Assembly: GCA_964565725.1 (NCBI GenBank)
Contig: CAZMGA010000001.1
Location: forward strand, 17,620 to 49,619
Source of the DNA: an uncultured archaeon
Lineage (GTDB): Archaea > Iainarchaeota > Iainarchaeia > Iainarchaeales > 0-14-0-20-30-16
Direction of reading: 5' to 3'
DNA length: 32,000 bases
Below are positions 16,920-25,282 of the stretch, piece after piece. The notes under the pieces are model-generated. The model saw nothing but the letters and a program-made list of their open reading frames with translations. It searched no databases and was not told where the DNA came from. Both the position numbers and the translations under genes were made by a program. Within the stretch, counting starts at the first letter, position 1. Each line of letters starts with the position of its first letter.

Positions 16920-19202
16920 TTAGAAACTTTTATCTTTTAAGTTTCTATTTCTTATTGAATCTAATATTAATTCTCTTTCAGCTATATATACTGTTTCTCT
17001 TATTTTATCCACAGCATCTATATTTGCAGATATACTTTCTATTCCAAGACCTACCAATATTTTTACCATTTCTGGGTTTGAACCTGCTTGTCCACATATG
17101 GATGTTCTAATACCTTTTTGTCTACACGCGTTAATTACGTGTGCAATTTGTTTTAATATTGCAGGATGAAATTCAGTAAACCATTTTTGAATTTTTTCAT
17201 TGTTTCTATCTAAACCCAAAGTTAATTGTGTTAAATCATTAGTGCCAAAACTTACAAAATCAATTTTTTCTTTTATGTATTCTTCTATAGTTAAAGAACA
17301 ACCTGGTGTTTCAACCATAATTCCAAAAAAACAATCTTTGTGAGGATTTAATCCTACTTCTTTAGCTATTTTTTTAGCTTCTATATATTCTTGTACATTT
17401 TGTGTAAATGGAATCATTATTCCTATATTTTTATAACCTTTCAAAATCATATTTTTAATTGCTCTAAATTGTACTTTTAACATTTCTGGTTCATCTAAGT
17501 CTCTTCTTATTCCGTGCCAACCTAACATGGGATTATCTTCTTTTGGTTCTTCTTTTCCACCTTTTAAGTTAATATATTCATCAGTTCTTGCATCAAAGGT
17601 TCTATAATATACTGGTAAATCTTTAAAATATTTTAATATTTTTTCCAATTCTGATTCTAAAATTGTTTGTAATTCTTTTGATTTATTTGTATGTATCATA
17701 TGATATGGATGTTCTTTTGAAATAGTTAAAATATGTTCTGCTCTCATCAATCCAATACCGTCAGGATTTGTTAAAGATGCTTTTTCAGCAGCGTCGCTAA
17801 AAGCCAAATTTACTTTAACCTTTGTGGAAGTAATAAATGAAGTTGTTTGTGCTTTTTTTAACTCTTTTTTTTCTAAAGTTATTTTATTATCTATAATTCC
17901 GTCATATACTTTTCCCTTTGTAGCGTCGACACTTACTAATTGATCTTCTTTTAAGATTTTAGTTGCAACCTCTGTTCCTACAATTGCAGGAATTCCCAAT
18001 TCTCTTGAAACTATTGCTGCGTGACAAGTTATTCCACCTTCATCAGTAATAATTGCTGCTGCTTTTTTCATTTGAGGAACCATATCAGGAGTAGTCATTT
18101 TTGTAACCATTATATCCTTATCTTTTATTTTATTTAGTTCCTTCAAACTTTTTATTATTCTTACAGGGCCTGTCGCAAAACCTACACTGGCGCCTAACCC
18201 ACGTAATATAGATTTTTGTTTGATTTCTTCTTCTTGTGATTTTAAATTATTTTTTAAATTCAAAGTGGTAATGGGTCTTGATTGTACAATATACAATATA
18301 TCTTTTTCAATAGCCCATTCTAAATCTTGGGGTTTTTTGTAATGCTCTTCAATTGCTTGCCCTATTTTTGCATATTTTAAAATAATTTCATCAGAAATTT
18401 TTTGTTTGTCTTGTAATTTTTTTGGAACATTTTCTTTTTTATTTCCTGTTTTATCTTTTATTAATTGCCAAGTTTGTTTTGCTATTGTTTTTGAGGTTAT
18501 TTGCCAAGTCTTTTTATTCACTATATATGTATCTGGAGTTATACTTCCAGAAACAATTGTTTCTCCTAAACCATATACCGCTTCTATAACTATTTCATTA
18601 AGATTATTTGTTATAGGATTAGCACTAAACATAATTCCCGAAACAAAAGATTCTACTTGTTTTTGAACAACTACTGCTAATTTAACTTTTTCTATTGGAA
18701 AATTTTGTTTTCGTCTATAAAATATAGCTCTAGGATTAAATAAAGAAGCCCAACATTTTTTTACATTTAATAATAATTCTGATTCTCCAAATATATTCAA
18801 ATAAGTATCTTGTTGTCCGGCAAAACTTGCGGAGGGTAAATCTTCTGCTGTTGCTGAACTTCTTACAGCAATTAAACATTTTCCTAATTTTTTATAAGCA
18901 TTTAATATTTCTTCTTCTAAATTTTTACTTATAGGTTTAGATAAAATTAATTCTTTTATTTGTTTTGATTTTGTGTTTAATTCATTAATATCATTTACAT
19001 TAATATTTTTTTCAATATTTTCAATAGTTTTTAAAATGCTATTTTCTATTGCATTTTTAGCATATGCAAAAGAAGTTACTACAAAACCATTAGGTATAGG
19101 AAAATTATTATTATACATTTCTCCTAAGTTTGCTCCTTTTCCTCCAACTTCTGGAATTTGGTCTTTATTTATTTCTTCAAACCACAAAATATTTTTACTC
19201 AT
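16920..19202 (-). CDS. ppsA: Phosphoenolpyruvate synthase
   Basis: 760 aa: GGKGANLGEM, VRSSATAEDLPSASFAGQQDTYLN, DEGGITCHAAIVSRELGIPAIVGT (catalytic His), FGTNDLTQLTLGLDR, ICGQAGS. Confidence 0.97.
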   Translation of the reverse strand: MSKNILWFEEINKDQIPEVGGKGANLGEMYNNNFPIPNGFVVTSFAYAKNAIENSILKTIENIEKNINVNDINELNTKSKQIKELILSKPISKNLEEEILNAYKKLGKCLIAVRSSATAEDLPSASFAGQQDTYLNIFGESELLLNVKKCWASLFNPRAIFYRRKQNFPIEKVKLAVVVQKQVESFVSGIMFSANPITNNLNEIVIEAVYGLGETIVSGSITPDTYIVNKKTWQITSKTIAKQTWQLIKDKTGNKKENVPKKLQDKQKISDEIILKYAKIGQAIEEHYKKPQDLEWAIEKDILYIVQSRPITTLNLKNNLKSQEEEIKQKSILRGLGASVGFATGPVRIIKSLKELNKIKDKDIMVTKMTTPDMVPQMKKAAAIITDEGGITCHAAIVSRELGIPAIVGTEVATKILKEDQLVSVDATKGKVYDGIIDNKITLEKKELKKAQTTSFITSTKVKVNLAFSDAAEKASLTNPDGIGLMRAEHILTISKEHPYHMIHTNKSKELQTILESELEKILKYFKDLPVYYRTFDARTDEYINLKGGKEEPKEDNPMLGWHGIRRDLDEPEMLKVQFRAIKNMILKGYKNIGIMIPFTQNVQEYIEAKKIAKEVGLNPHKDCFFGIMVETPGCSLTIEEYIKEKIDFVSFGTNDLTQLTLGLDRNNEKIQKWFTEFHPAILKQIAHVINACRQKGIRTSICGQAGSNPEMVKILVGLGIESISANIDAVDKIRETVYIAERELILDSIRNRNLKDKSF

Positions 19203-19210
19203 TAAACCAC

Positions 19211-19957
19211 CTATTCTATATAATCATCAATATTTTTTATTTTTATACCTTTATCTGAAATTTCCATTGGGTGTATTTCACTCGAATGTTTTGTAGCCCT
19301 CATTTTTCTAATTAACATTGTTCTATTTATTCCTTGTATTCCTGTATCTAAATATTTTAATACAAAAACCCCATCAGCAACAAATTCTTCAACACCATAT
19401 TTACTATATTTTTTAGTTTCTTGATCTAATTCTGTAATCAATAAAGCTGTAAGTCCTAGTTTAGAAAATACATATACCATTTCTAAAATAGCCTCTCTAA
19501 TTTCATCATTTTGTTTAAAATAAATACCCATAGTTGCAATTGAATCCAATACAATTCTTTTTGCACCTGTTTGTTTTACTAATCTAACTATTTCTAAAAG
19601 AAGTTTTTTATAATCAAAACTATTTTGACTAAATTCATATTCTTCATTTGTAGTAATTCCTAATCTTGTAACTGTAACATCTAACATAAGTAATTTATGT
19701 TCGTCTTCCATTCTTTTTAAATCCCAACCAAATTTTAACATATCTTGTCTTATTAAATCTGGTCTTTCATCTAAACTTACATATATTCCGGGCTCACCAT
19801 AAAGATATGCCCCATTATATAAAAATTGAGTTGCAAAAATTGTTTTTCCAGCACCTGTTGCACCAGAAACTAAAAAAGTTCTATTTTGAGGTAATCCATT
19901 TTCAATTAATTCATCTAACCCAGGGATTCCACTAGGAATTCTGTTTATTACATCCAT
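19211..19957 (-). CDS. KaiC-like/RecA-superfamily ATPase, single domain
   Basis: IPSGIPGLDELIENGLPQNRTFLVSGATGAGKTIFATQFLYNGA (Walker A), YVSLDE, RIVLDSIATM, TRALLITE-like core (LTALLITEL). Confidence 0.92.
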   Translation of the reverse strand: MDVINRIPSGIPGLDELIENGLPQNRTFLVSGATGAGKTIFATQFLYNGAYLYGEPGIYVSLDERPDLIRQDMLKFGWDLKRMEDEHKLLMLDVTVTRLGITTNEEYEFSQNSFDYKKLLLEIVRLVKQTGAKRIVLDSIATMGIYFKQNDEIREAILEMVYVFSKLGLTALLITELDQETKKYSKYGVEEFVADGVFVLKYLDTGIQGINRTMLIRKMRATKHSSEIHPMEISDKGIKIKNIDDYIE

Positions 19958-20031
19958 CAGAATGCCTCCAATATAATAATCAATTTATAAACATTTTATA
20001 ATATGTATTACATATATAAAAAGGTATTGTT

Positions 20032-20868
20032 ATGAATAATGAAATAGAAATTGATATAAATAAACCAATTAATAATAGCGCTCAAGAATATTATTCACAA
20101 TACAAAAAAATGAAACAAAAATTAGAAGGATTAAATTCAGCAATTGAAATGATGGAAAATAAATTTAAAACAATAGAAAATAAAAAAATAATTGTTAAAG
20201 AAGTTGTAGAAAAAAAGAAATTGGCATGGTATGAAAAATATCATTGGTGTTTTTCTAGAAATAATTTTTTGATTATTGCTGGCAAAGATTCAACATCAAA
20301 TGAATTGTTGGTTAAAAATTATTTAGAAAAAGATGACTTATTATTTCATAGTACTATTCAAGGATCTGCACATGTAATTATTAAAAATGGGCAGAAAGCT
20401 GAAAAAGAAGATTTAGAGGATTGTGCCTTGTTTGCTGCAATATTTTCTAAAGCATGGAATTTGGGTTTTTCTAGTGTAGATGTTTTTTTTGTAGAACCTA
20501 ATCAAGTTTCAAAAACTGCTGAATCTGGAGAATATTTATCCAAAGGAGCTTTTGTTATAAGAGGAGAAAAAAATTTTTTTAAAAAAATAAAAATGGAAGC
20601 ATATTTAGGAATAGTAGATATAAATAAATTAGATTCGAATTATTTTGGAAAACGTGTTTTTATAGGATCAAATGAGTTATTAAAATCTAAAAATATAAAT
20701 CAGATTTTAGGTATAATCCCCGGAAAAGAAAAAAAAGGAGCTATTGCAAAATATATACTTAAAAATATGCCTAAGGAAAATCAAAAAGAAATTTCTTTAG
20801 ATGAAATTGTTCAAGCTCTACCCCCTGGAACAATGGAAATTATAAAAGAAAAAAAGAAAAAAAATTAA
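20032..20868 (+). CDS. rqcH: RqcH/NFACT-family protein, C-terminal half only (second coiled-coil arm plus NFACT-R domain)
   Basis: IEIDINKPINNSAQEYYSQYKKMKQKLEGLNSAIEMMENKFKTIE then KLAWYEKYHWCFSRNNFLIIAGKDSTSNELLVKNYLEKDDLLFHSTIQGSAHVIIKNG...SKAWNLG...NQVSKTAESGEYLSKGAFVIRGEKNFF; NFACT-R signature clear. Confidence 0.92.
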   Translation: MNNEIEIDINKPINNSAQEYYSQYKKMKQKLEGLNSAIEMMENKFKTIENKKIIVKEVVEKKKLAWYEKYHWCFSRNNFLIIAGKDSTSNELLVKNYLEKDDLLFHSTIQGSAHVIIKNGQKAEKEDLEDCALFAAIFSKAWNLGFSSVDVFFVEPNQVSKTAESGEYLSKGAFVIRGEKNFFKKIKMEAYLGIVDINKLDSNYFGKRVFIGSNELLKSKNINQILGIIPGKEKKGAIAKYILKNMPKENQKEISLDEIVQALPPGTMEIIKEKKKKN

Positions 20869-21458
20869 CTATTTAGTTCTCTTAATATTTTTTTTAAATT
20901 TAAGTCATACATTTTACAAACATCTTTTAATAATAATTTATCCATTTCATATTTTGCATGAGAACAAGATAAACAAGGTACGTTATTATCAAACAAAATT
21001 TTAATATTTTTTTTATTTTTTAAAATATCTTTTAATGTTGTGTTTTCGTTAATTTTTTTTATAGTTTTTTTTTCCTTAATTATCGTTTTATTTTTATTTT
21101 TTTCTTTGTATTCTTTAATTGCTTTTTTTAACGCGTCTATAGACATCATAGAACAATGATATTTTATTTTTGGCATATCTCCCAGTTCATTTATAATACT
21201 TTTATAATTTAATTTTTCTGCTTCGTTTATTGTTTTTCCTTTAACTATATTACATAAAGTATCAGATGAAGCTATTGCTGCAATACACCCATATGTTTCA
21301 ATTTTCACATCTTTTATTATGTTATTTTTTATTTTTAAATAAATACGCATCATATCTCCACATTTTATATTTCCTGTTTCGCCTATTGCGTCTGCGTTTT
21401 TTATTTTGCCTAAATTTTTAGTGTTTTTAAAAACATTAATTACTTTTTTTGAATACAT
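20865..21458 (-). CDS. iscU: IscU/NifU-like Fe-S scaffold fused to C-terminal DUF1858/ScdA_N-like domain
   Basis: Scaffold Cys contexts GNIKCGDMMRIYLKIKNNIIKD, TYGCIAAIASSDTLCNIVKGKT, IKYHCSMMSIDALKKAI. C-terminal TTLKDILKNKKNIKILFDNNVPCLSCSHAKYEMDKLLLKDVCKMYDLNLKKILRELNS is DUF1858-like. Confidence 0.9.
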   Translation of the reverse strand: MYSKKVINVFKNTKNLGKIKNADAIGETGNIKCGDMMRIYLKIKNNIIKDVKIETYGCIAAIASSDTLCNIVKGKTINEAEKLNYKSIINELGDMPKIKYHCSMMSIDALKKAIKEYKEKNKNKTIIKEKKTIKKINENTTLKDILKNKKNIKILFDNNVPCLSCSHAKYEMDKLLLKDVCKMYDLNLKKILRELNS

Positions 21459-22614
21459 TATTTATCACCTTATATATTGGAGAAAAACTTCTTAACTTTT
21501 TTAAAATTTCAGGTATTTTTTTAATAATTAAATCTATTTCTTCATAAGTAGTATATTTACTTAAAGTTAATCTTAAACTTCCATTAGCCTCTTCATTACT
21601 TCTACCAATTTCTTTTAGAACATAACTTGGTTCTAATTTTATAGATGAACATGCAGAACCTGTTGAAGAACAAATTCCAAAACTATCCAAATATCCTCCT
21701 ACTGCTTCTCCTTCTACGCCTTTAAAAGAAACATTTACATTATTACAAAGTCTATTTTTTTTTGGTCCATTTAAAATAACACCTGGATTTTTTAATAATT
21801 CCTCGATCAATTTGTCTCTTAATTTTTCTATTTTTTTAAAATCGGTTTTATTTGCAATTTCTACAGCTTTTGCAAAACCTACTATCGCAGGAATATTTTC
21901 AGTTCCAGCTCTAAGTCCAAATTCGTGTGCACCACCATGTTGCCAAGATTTTATTTTTGTACCTTTTTTAATATATAATGCTCCAATTCCTTTTGGTCCA
22001 TGAATTTTATGTGCGTTAATACTTAACAAATCAATATTTATTTTTTTAACATCAATATTTATTTTAGTATAACTTTGACATGCGTCACTATGAAATAAAA
22101 CATTTTTTTCTTTACAAATTTTGCCTATTTCTTCTAAATTCATTATTGTTCCTATTTCATTATTTCCATGAATTATTGATACTAGTATTGTTTTTTTATT
22201 AATCGCATTTTTTAAATCATTTAAATTAATAAATCCTTCTTCATTTACATTTAAATATGTAATTTCAAAGCCTTGTGTTTCTAACCACTTACAAATATTT
22301 AATATACTTTTATGTTCTACCTTTGTAGTGATTATATGATTACCTTTGTGCCTATTTTCAAAAGCAATTGCCTTTAAAGCAAAATTATTGCTTTCTGTTC
22401 CTCCAGAGGTAAATATTATTTCTTCTGATTTTGCATTTAAAGATTTAGCGATACCTTCTCTAGCTTTTTCTAATGCGATTTTTGCGGTTAATCCTTTTTT
22501 ATGTATTGAAGATGCATTACCATATTCATCTTCCAAATAAGGAATCATAGCCTTTAAAACAGCATCATCAATTTTTGTAGTTGCTCCATTATCCAAATAA
22601 ATTATTTTGTTCAT
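21436..22614 (-). CDS. iscS: Cysteine desulfurase (NifS/IscS family)
   Basis: IIYLDNGATTKIDDAVLKAM, FTSGGTESNNFA, SDACQS, SINAHKIHGPKGIGALY (PLP Lys), SSTGSACSS (catalytic Cys), RLTLSKYTT. Confidence 0.96.
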   Translation of the reverse strand: MNKIIYLDNGATTKIDDAVLKAMIPYLEDEYGNASSIHKKGLTAKIALEKAREGIAKSLNAKSEEIIFTSGGTESNNFALKAIAFENRHKGNHIITTKVEHKSILNICKWLETQGFEITYLNVNEEGFINLNDLKNAINKKTILVSIIHGNNEIGTIMNLEEIGKICKEKNVLFHSDACQSYTKINIDVKKINIDLLSINAHKIHGPKGIGALYIKKGTKIKSWQHGGAHEFGLRAGTENIPAIVGFAKAVEIANKTDFKKIEKLRDKLIEELLKNPGVILNGPKKNRLCNNVNVSFKGVEGEAVGGYLDSFGICSSTGSACSSIKLEPSYVLKEIGRSNEEANGSLRLTLSKYTTYEEIDLIIKKIPEILKKLRSFSPIYKVINNVFKKSN

Positions 22615-22922
22615 TTAATACCCTCTTTTAATTTACAAGTTTTACAATAATTTTGTAAAATATTTTTTTCATAAATATTTAATATTGTTGAAGTAAACTT
22701 TTTGTTTAAATAATAAACATTTTTTTTCCCATCTCTTTTTACAAAAACAAAATTACAATTTAATAATCTTTTTAAATTATGAGATACTAAACTTTGTTCG
22801 TAATTTAAAGAGTTTGTAATAGTTTTAACATCACAAGGCTTTTCTTTTAATAATAACATAATATTTAATCTAGTTTTGTTTGCAAAATTCAAGAAAAAAG
22901 CGTCGCATTTACATTTATTCAT
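22611..22922 (-). CDS. ArsR-like winged-helix regulator with N-terminal CKC and C-terminal CKTC motifs
   Basis: 103 aa: MNKCKCDAFFLNFANKTRLNIMLLLKEKPCDVKTITNSLNYEQSLVSHNLKRLLNCNFVFVKRDGKKNVYYLN...NYCKTCKLKEG. Confidence 0.88.
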   Translation of the reverse strand: MNKCKCDAFFLNFANKTRLNIMLLLKEKPCDVKTITNSLNYEQSLVSHNLKRLLNCNFVFVKRDGKKNVYYLNKKFTSTILNIYEKNILQNYCKTCKLKEGIK

Positions 22923-23589
22923 ATGAAATATAATTCATATGTTTATATAAACCTATTTTTTTGCAAAATTTATTTATGGGGCAAATATTACATTTTGGAT
23001 TTCTAGGTAAACAAATATTTTGCCCTAAAACAACAAAATATAAATTAGTTTTATTCCAAAATTTTTTGGGCAAAATTTTTTTTAAGGTCATTTCGGTTTC
23101 TAAAACATTTTTTGTATTTATTATACCTAATCTATTAAATATTTTATGAACGTGAGTATCCACGCAAACAGCATCAATAGAGTAAGCAACACTCAAAACT
23201 AAATTTGCTGTTTTTCTTCCTACTCCTGGCAAAGTAATAAGTTCTTCAATTGTTTTTGGAACTTTATTTTTAAATTGTTTTATAGATAGAGGTAAACTTT
23301 TCAAATGTTTTGCTTTAGTTTTATAAAAACCAACTCTGTAAATTATTTTTTCTAAGTCTTTTAAAGAAATATTATTTAAGTCTTTAAAGTTTTTAACTTT
23401 CATGAATAATTTATCGCAAACCTCTGCAGTAATTTTATCTTTGGTTCTTGCACTTAATATAGTACTTATTAAAACAAAAAAAGGATCTTTGGTTTTAATT
23501 TGAATTTGTTCTGCTAATGGCTTTGGATATTTTTTTAATTCCTTCCCTAAAATTTTATAAATGTTATTTATTTTTTGTAAAGCTTGCAT
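22915..23589 (-). CDS. nth: Endonuclease III (Nth) DNA glycosylase/AP lyase with 4Fe-4S motif
   Basis: LISTILSARTKDK, LPGVGRKTANLVLSVAY (HhH), VDTHVHKIFNRLG, and C-x6-C-x2-C-x5-C (CLPRNPKCNICPINKFC). Confidence 0.96.
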   Translation of the reverse strand: MQALQKINNIYKILGKELKKYPKPLAEQIQIKTKDPFFVLISTILSARTKDKITAEVCDKLFMKVKNFKDLNNISLKDLEKIIYRVGFYKTKAKHLKSLPLSIKQFKNKVPKTIEELITLPGVGRKTANLVLSVAYSIDAVCVDTHVHKIFNRLGIINTKNVLETEMTLKKILPKKFWNKTNLYFVVLGQNICLPRNPKCNICPINKFCKKIGLYKHMNYISYE

Positions 23590-23621
23590 AATTATATAAA
23601 AACAAATAGTATTAATTAATT

Positions 23622-24116
23622 ATGGTTGAAAATTATTTAACTATTGGAGCATATCATAAAAGGTATAATACGGGACCTGCTTTGATAAGTAGTTTTGTTT
23701 TTTACTGTGGTTATAATTTACCTTCTATAATGGAAGAGGCTAATTTAATTCAAGTTATAAAAGTACCTAAAAAATTAGAAACTGTTTTATTAAATAATTT
23801 AAAAAATCAACATACTAAATTAGGTTATATTAAATACGATATAAATGGATCTTCTGCATCAAGTATTCATTATTTTCCTAGAGATGAAGTGCCTCAAATA
23901 AGAGGTTATGGATTAGGATCTTTATTAGAGTTAGTAGCTACCAATAATTTAAAAAAAATGGGTATAACATATATTAAATCTACATCTAGAGCCTCAGTAA
24001 CAAGATCAAAACTAGTTTATAAAAAAATGGGGTTGGAAACAGGTAGAAAGTATGATATACATACTTGGATGAAAGGCGTAGGAAAAGCAATAAGAACTGC
24101 AAGGCATTTGAAATAA
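23622..24116 (+). CDS. GNAT-like acetyltransferase paralog 1
   Basis: QIRGYGLGSLLELVATNNLKKMGITYIKSTSRASVTRSKLVYKKMGLE resembles GNAT motif A/B; conserved MKGVGKAIRTARHLK tail. Confidence 0.75.
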   Translation: MVENYLTIGAYHKRYNTGPALISSFVFYCGYNLPSIMEEANLIQVIKVPKKLETVLLNNLKNQHTKLGYIKYDINGSSASSIHYFPRDEVPQIRGYGLGSLLELVATNNLKKMGITYIKSTSRASVTRSKLVYKKMGLETGRKYDIHTWMKGVGKAIRTARHLK

Positions 24117-24167
24117 TGTTTTTTAAATCAATAAAAATATAAAAATAGCTTTATATATATATTAATT

Positions 24168-24683
24168 ATGGTTAAAAATTATATAGTCATTGGAACATAT
24201 TTTGCTTTTGAACCTACATTTAAAAAATTTATTTATCAATTTGTTTCAGGATTTGATTTGCCACAAACATATTATGCAGGAGATTTAGATTTTAAATTAA
24301 AGAAAATAGTAAAAATACCTATAAAATATAGATCCTTTTTTTTAGAGCAATATAAACACAAACCCAAATTCATTGGAAGTATAGTATATTCTCTAATTGG
24401 AGATAAACGAGTTGTAAGTACAGAATATTATCCAAAAGTATATATTAGAGAAGATACAAGGGGTTCAGGTTTAGGTAGTTTTTTGGAATTATTAGCATTA
24501 CAACATTTAAAAAAATCAGGGTTTGTTAGTGTTCAAACAACTATGGAGCCTTCAGAAAAACGACAAAAACAAGTTGAAAAAGCAAACTTAAAAAAAGACA
24601 CACCTTATTCACCAGAAAAATGGCAAAGGGGTATTGCGAGTGTTGTTAGAAAAGGTAGACCAATAAAAATAAACAGAAAATAA
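24168..24683 (+). CDS. GNAT-like acetyltransferase paralog 2, divergent
   Basis: EDTRGSGLGSFLELLALQHLKKSGFVSVQTTMEPSEKRQ; same architecture as neighbours with altered C-terminus. Confidence 0.7.
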   Translation: MVKNYIVIGTYFAFEPTFKKFIYQFVSGFDLPQTYYAGDLDFKLKKIVKIPIKYRSFFLEQYKHKPKFIGSIVYSLIGDKRVVSTEYYPKVYIREDTRGSGLGSFLELLALQHLKKSGFVSVQTTMEPSEKRQKQVEKANLKKDTPYSPEKWQRGIASVVRKGRPIKINRK

Positions 24684-24686
24684 TTA

Positions 24687-25217
24687 ATGATAAATATAAA
24701 AAATAATTTGCATTATTTATTTATGAATGAAAATCAAATTTATATAGGGGCATATCAAACTCAAAGAGATAACTTAATTATTTTTAGATTTTATTTTGGT
24801 CAAAATTTACCTCAAGATCTTTATGGAGAAAAATTAGTGCAATCTATAAGAGTTCCAACGAGAGTAAAACATTTATTTAATTCAAATATTCAAGAATCTG
24901 TTTTGCCTATAGGTTATATTAAATATGCTATAAATAATAAAACTGTGGCGCGAAGTCAATATTATTATCCTTTAAATAATTTTTTGCATGAAAGAGGTTA
25001 TGGTTTAGGCTCTTTGTTAGAATTATTAGCTGTTAATAATTTAAAAAAAATGGGTATTAAGCATTTAATGTCTACTGCAGAAGCATCAAAAAGCAGAAGA
25101 GAACAATTAAAAAAAATGGGTTTTAAAATAGAAGCTGCTTATGGAATAAAAGAATGGCAAAAAGGGGTTGGCAAAGCAATAAGGACTGCCAGTAAGTTTA
25201 AGTCCAAACATTTATAA
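24687..25217 (+). CDS. GNAT-like acetyltransferase paralog 3
   Basis: HERGYGLGSLLELLAVNNLKKMGIKHLMSTAEASKSRREQLKKMGFK...EWQKGVGKAIRTASKFKS. Confidence 0.75.
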   Translation: MINIKNNLHYLFMNENQIYIGAYQTQRDNLIIFRFYFGQNLPQDLYGEKLVQSIRVPTRVKHLFNSNIQESVLPIGYIKYAINNKTVARSQYYYPLNNFLHERGYGLGSLLELLAVNNLKKMGIKHLMSTAEASKSRREQLKKMGFKIEAAYGIKEWQKGVGKAIRTASKFKSKHL

Positions 25218-25282
25218 TAATCAAATTAATAAATAAAAAAAATAAAAACAAAAATAAAAAAATATTTTCATTTTTTATTATT

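Noticed and set aside
16473-19296. Plus ORFs 16473..16655, 18406..18666 and 18973..19296
   Set aside because: Antisense to dph2, ppsA and the KaiC-like gene; no motifs.
21812-23149. Plus ORFs 21812..22003, 22346..22540 and 22961..23149
   Set aside because: Antisense to iscS and nth.
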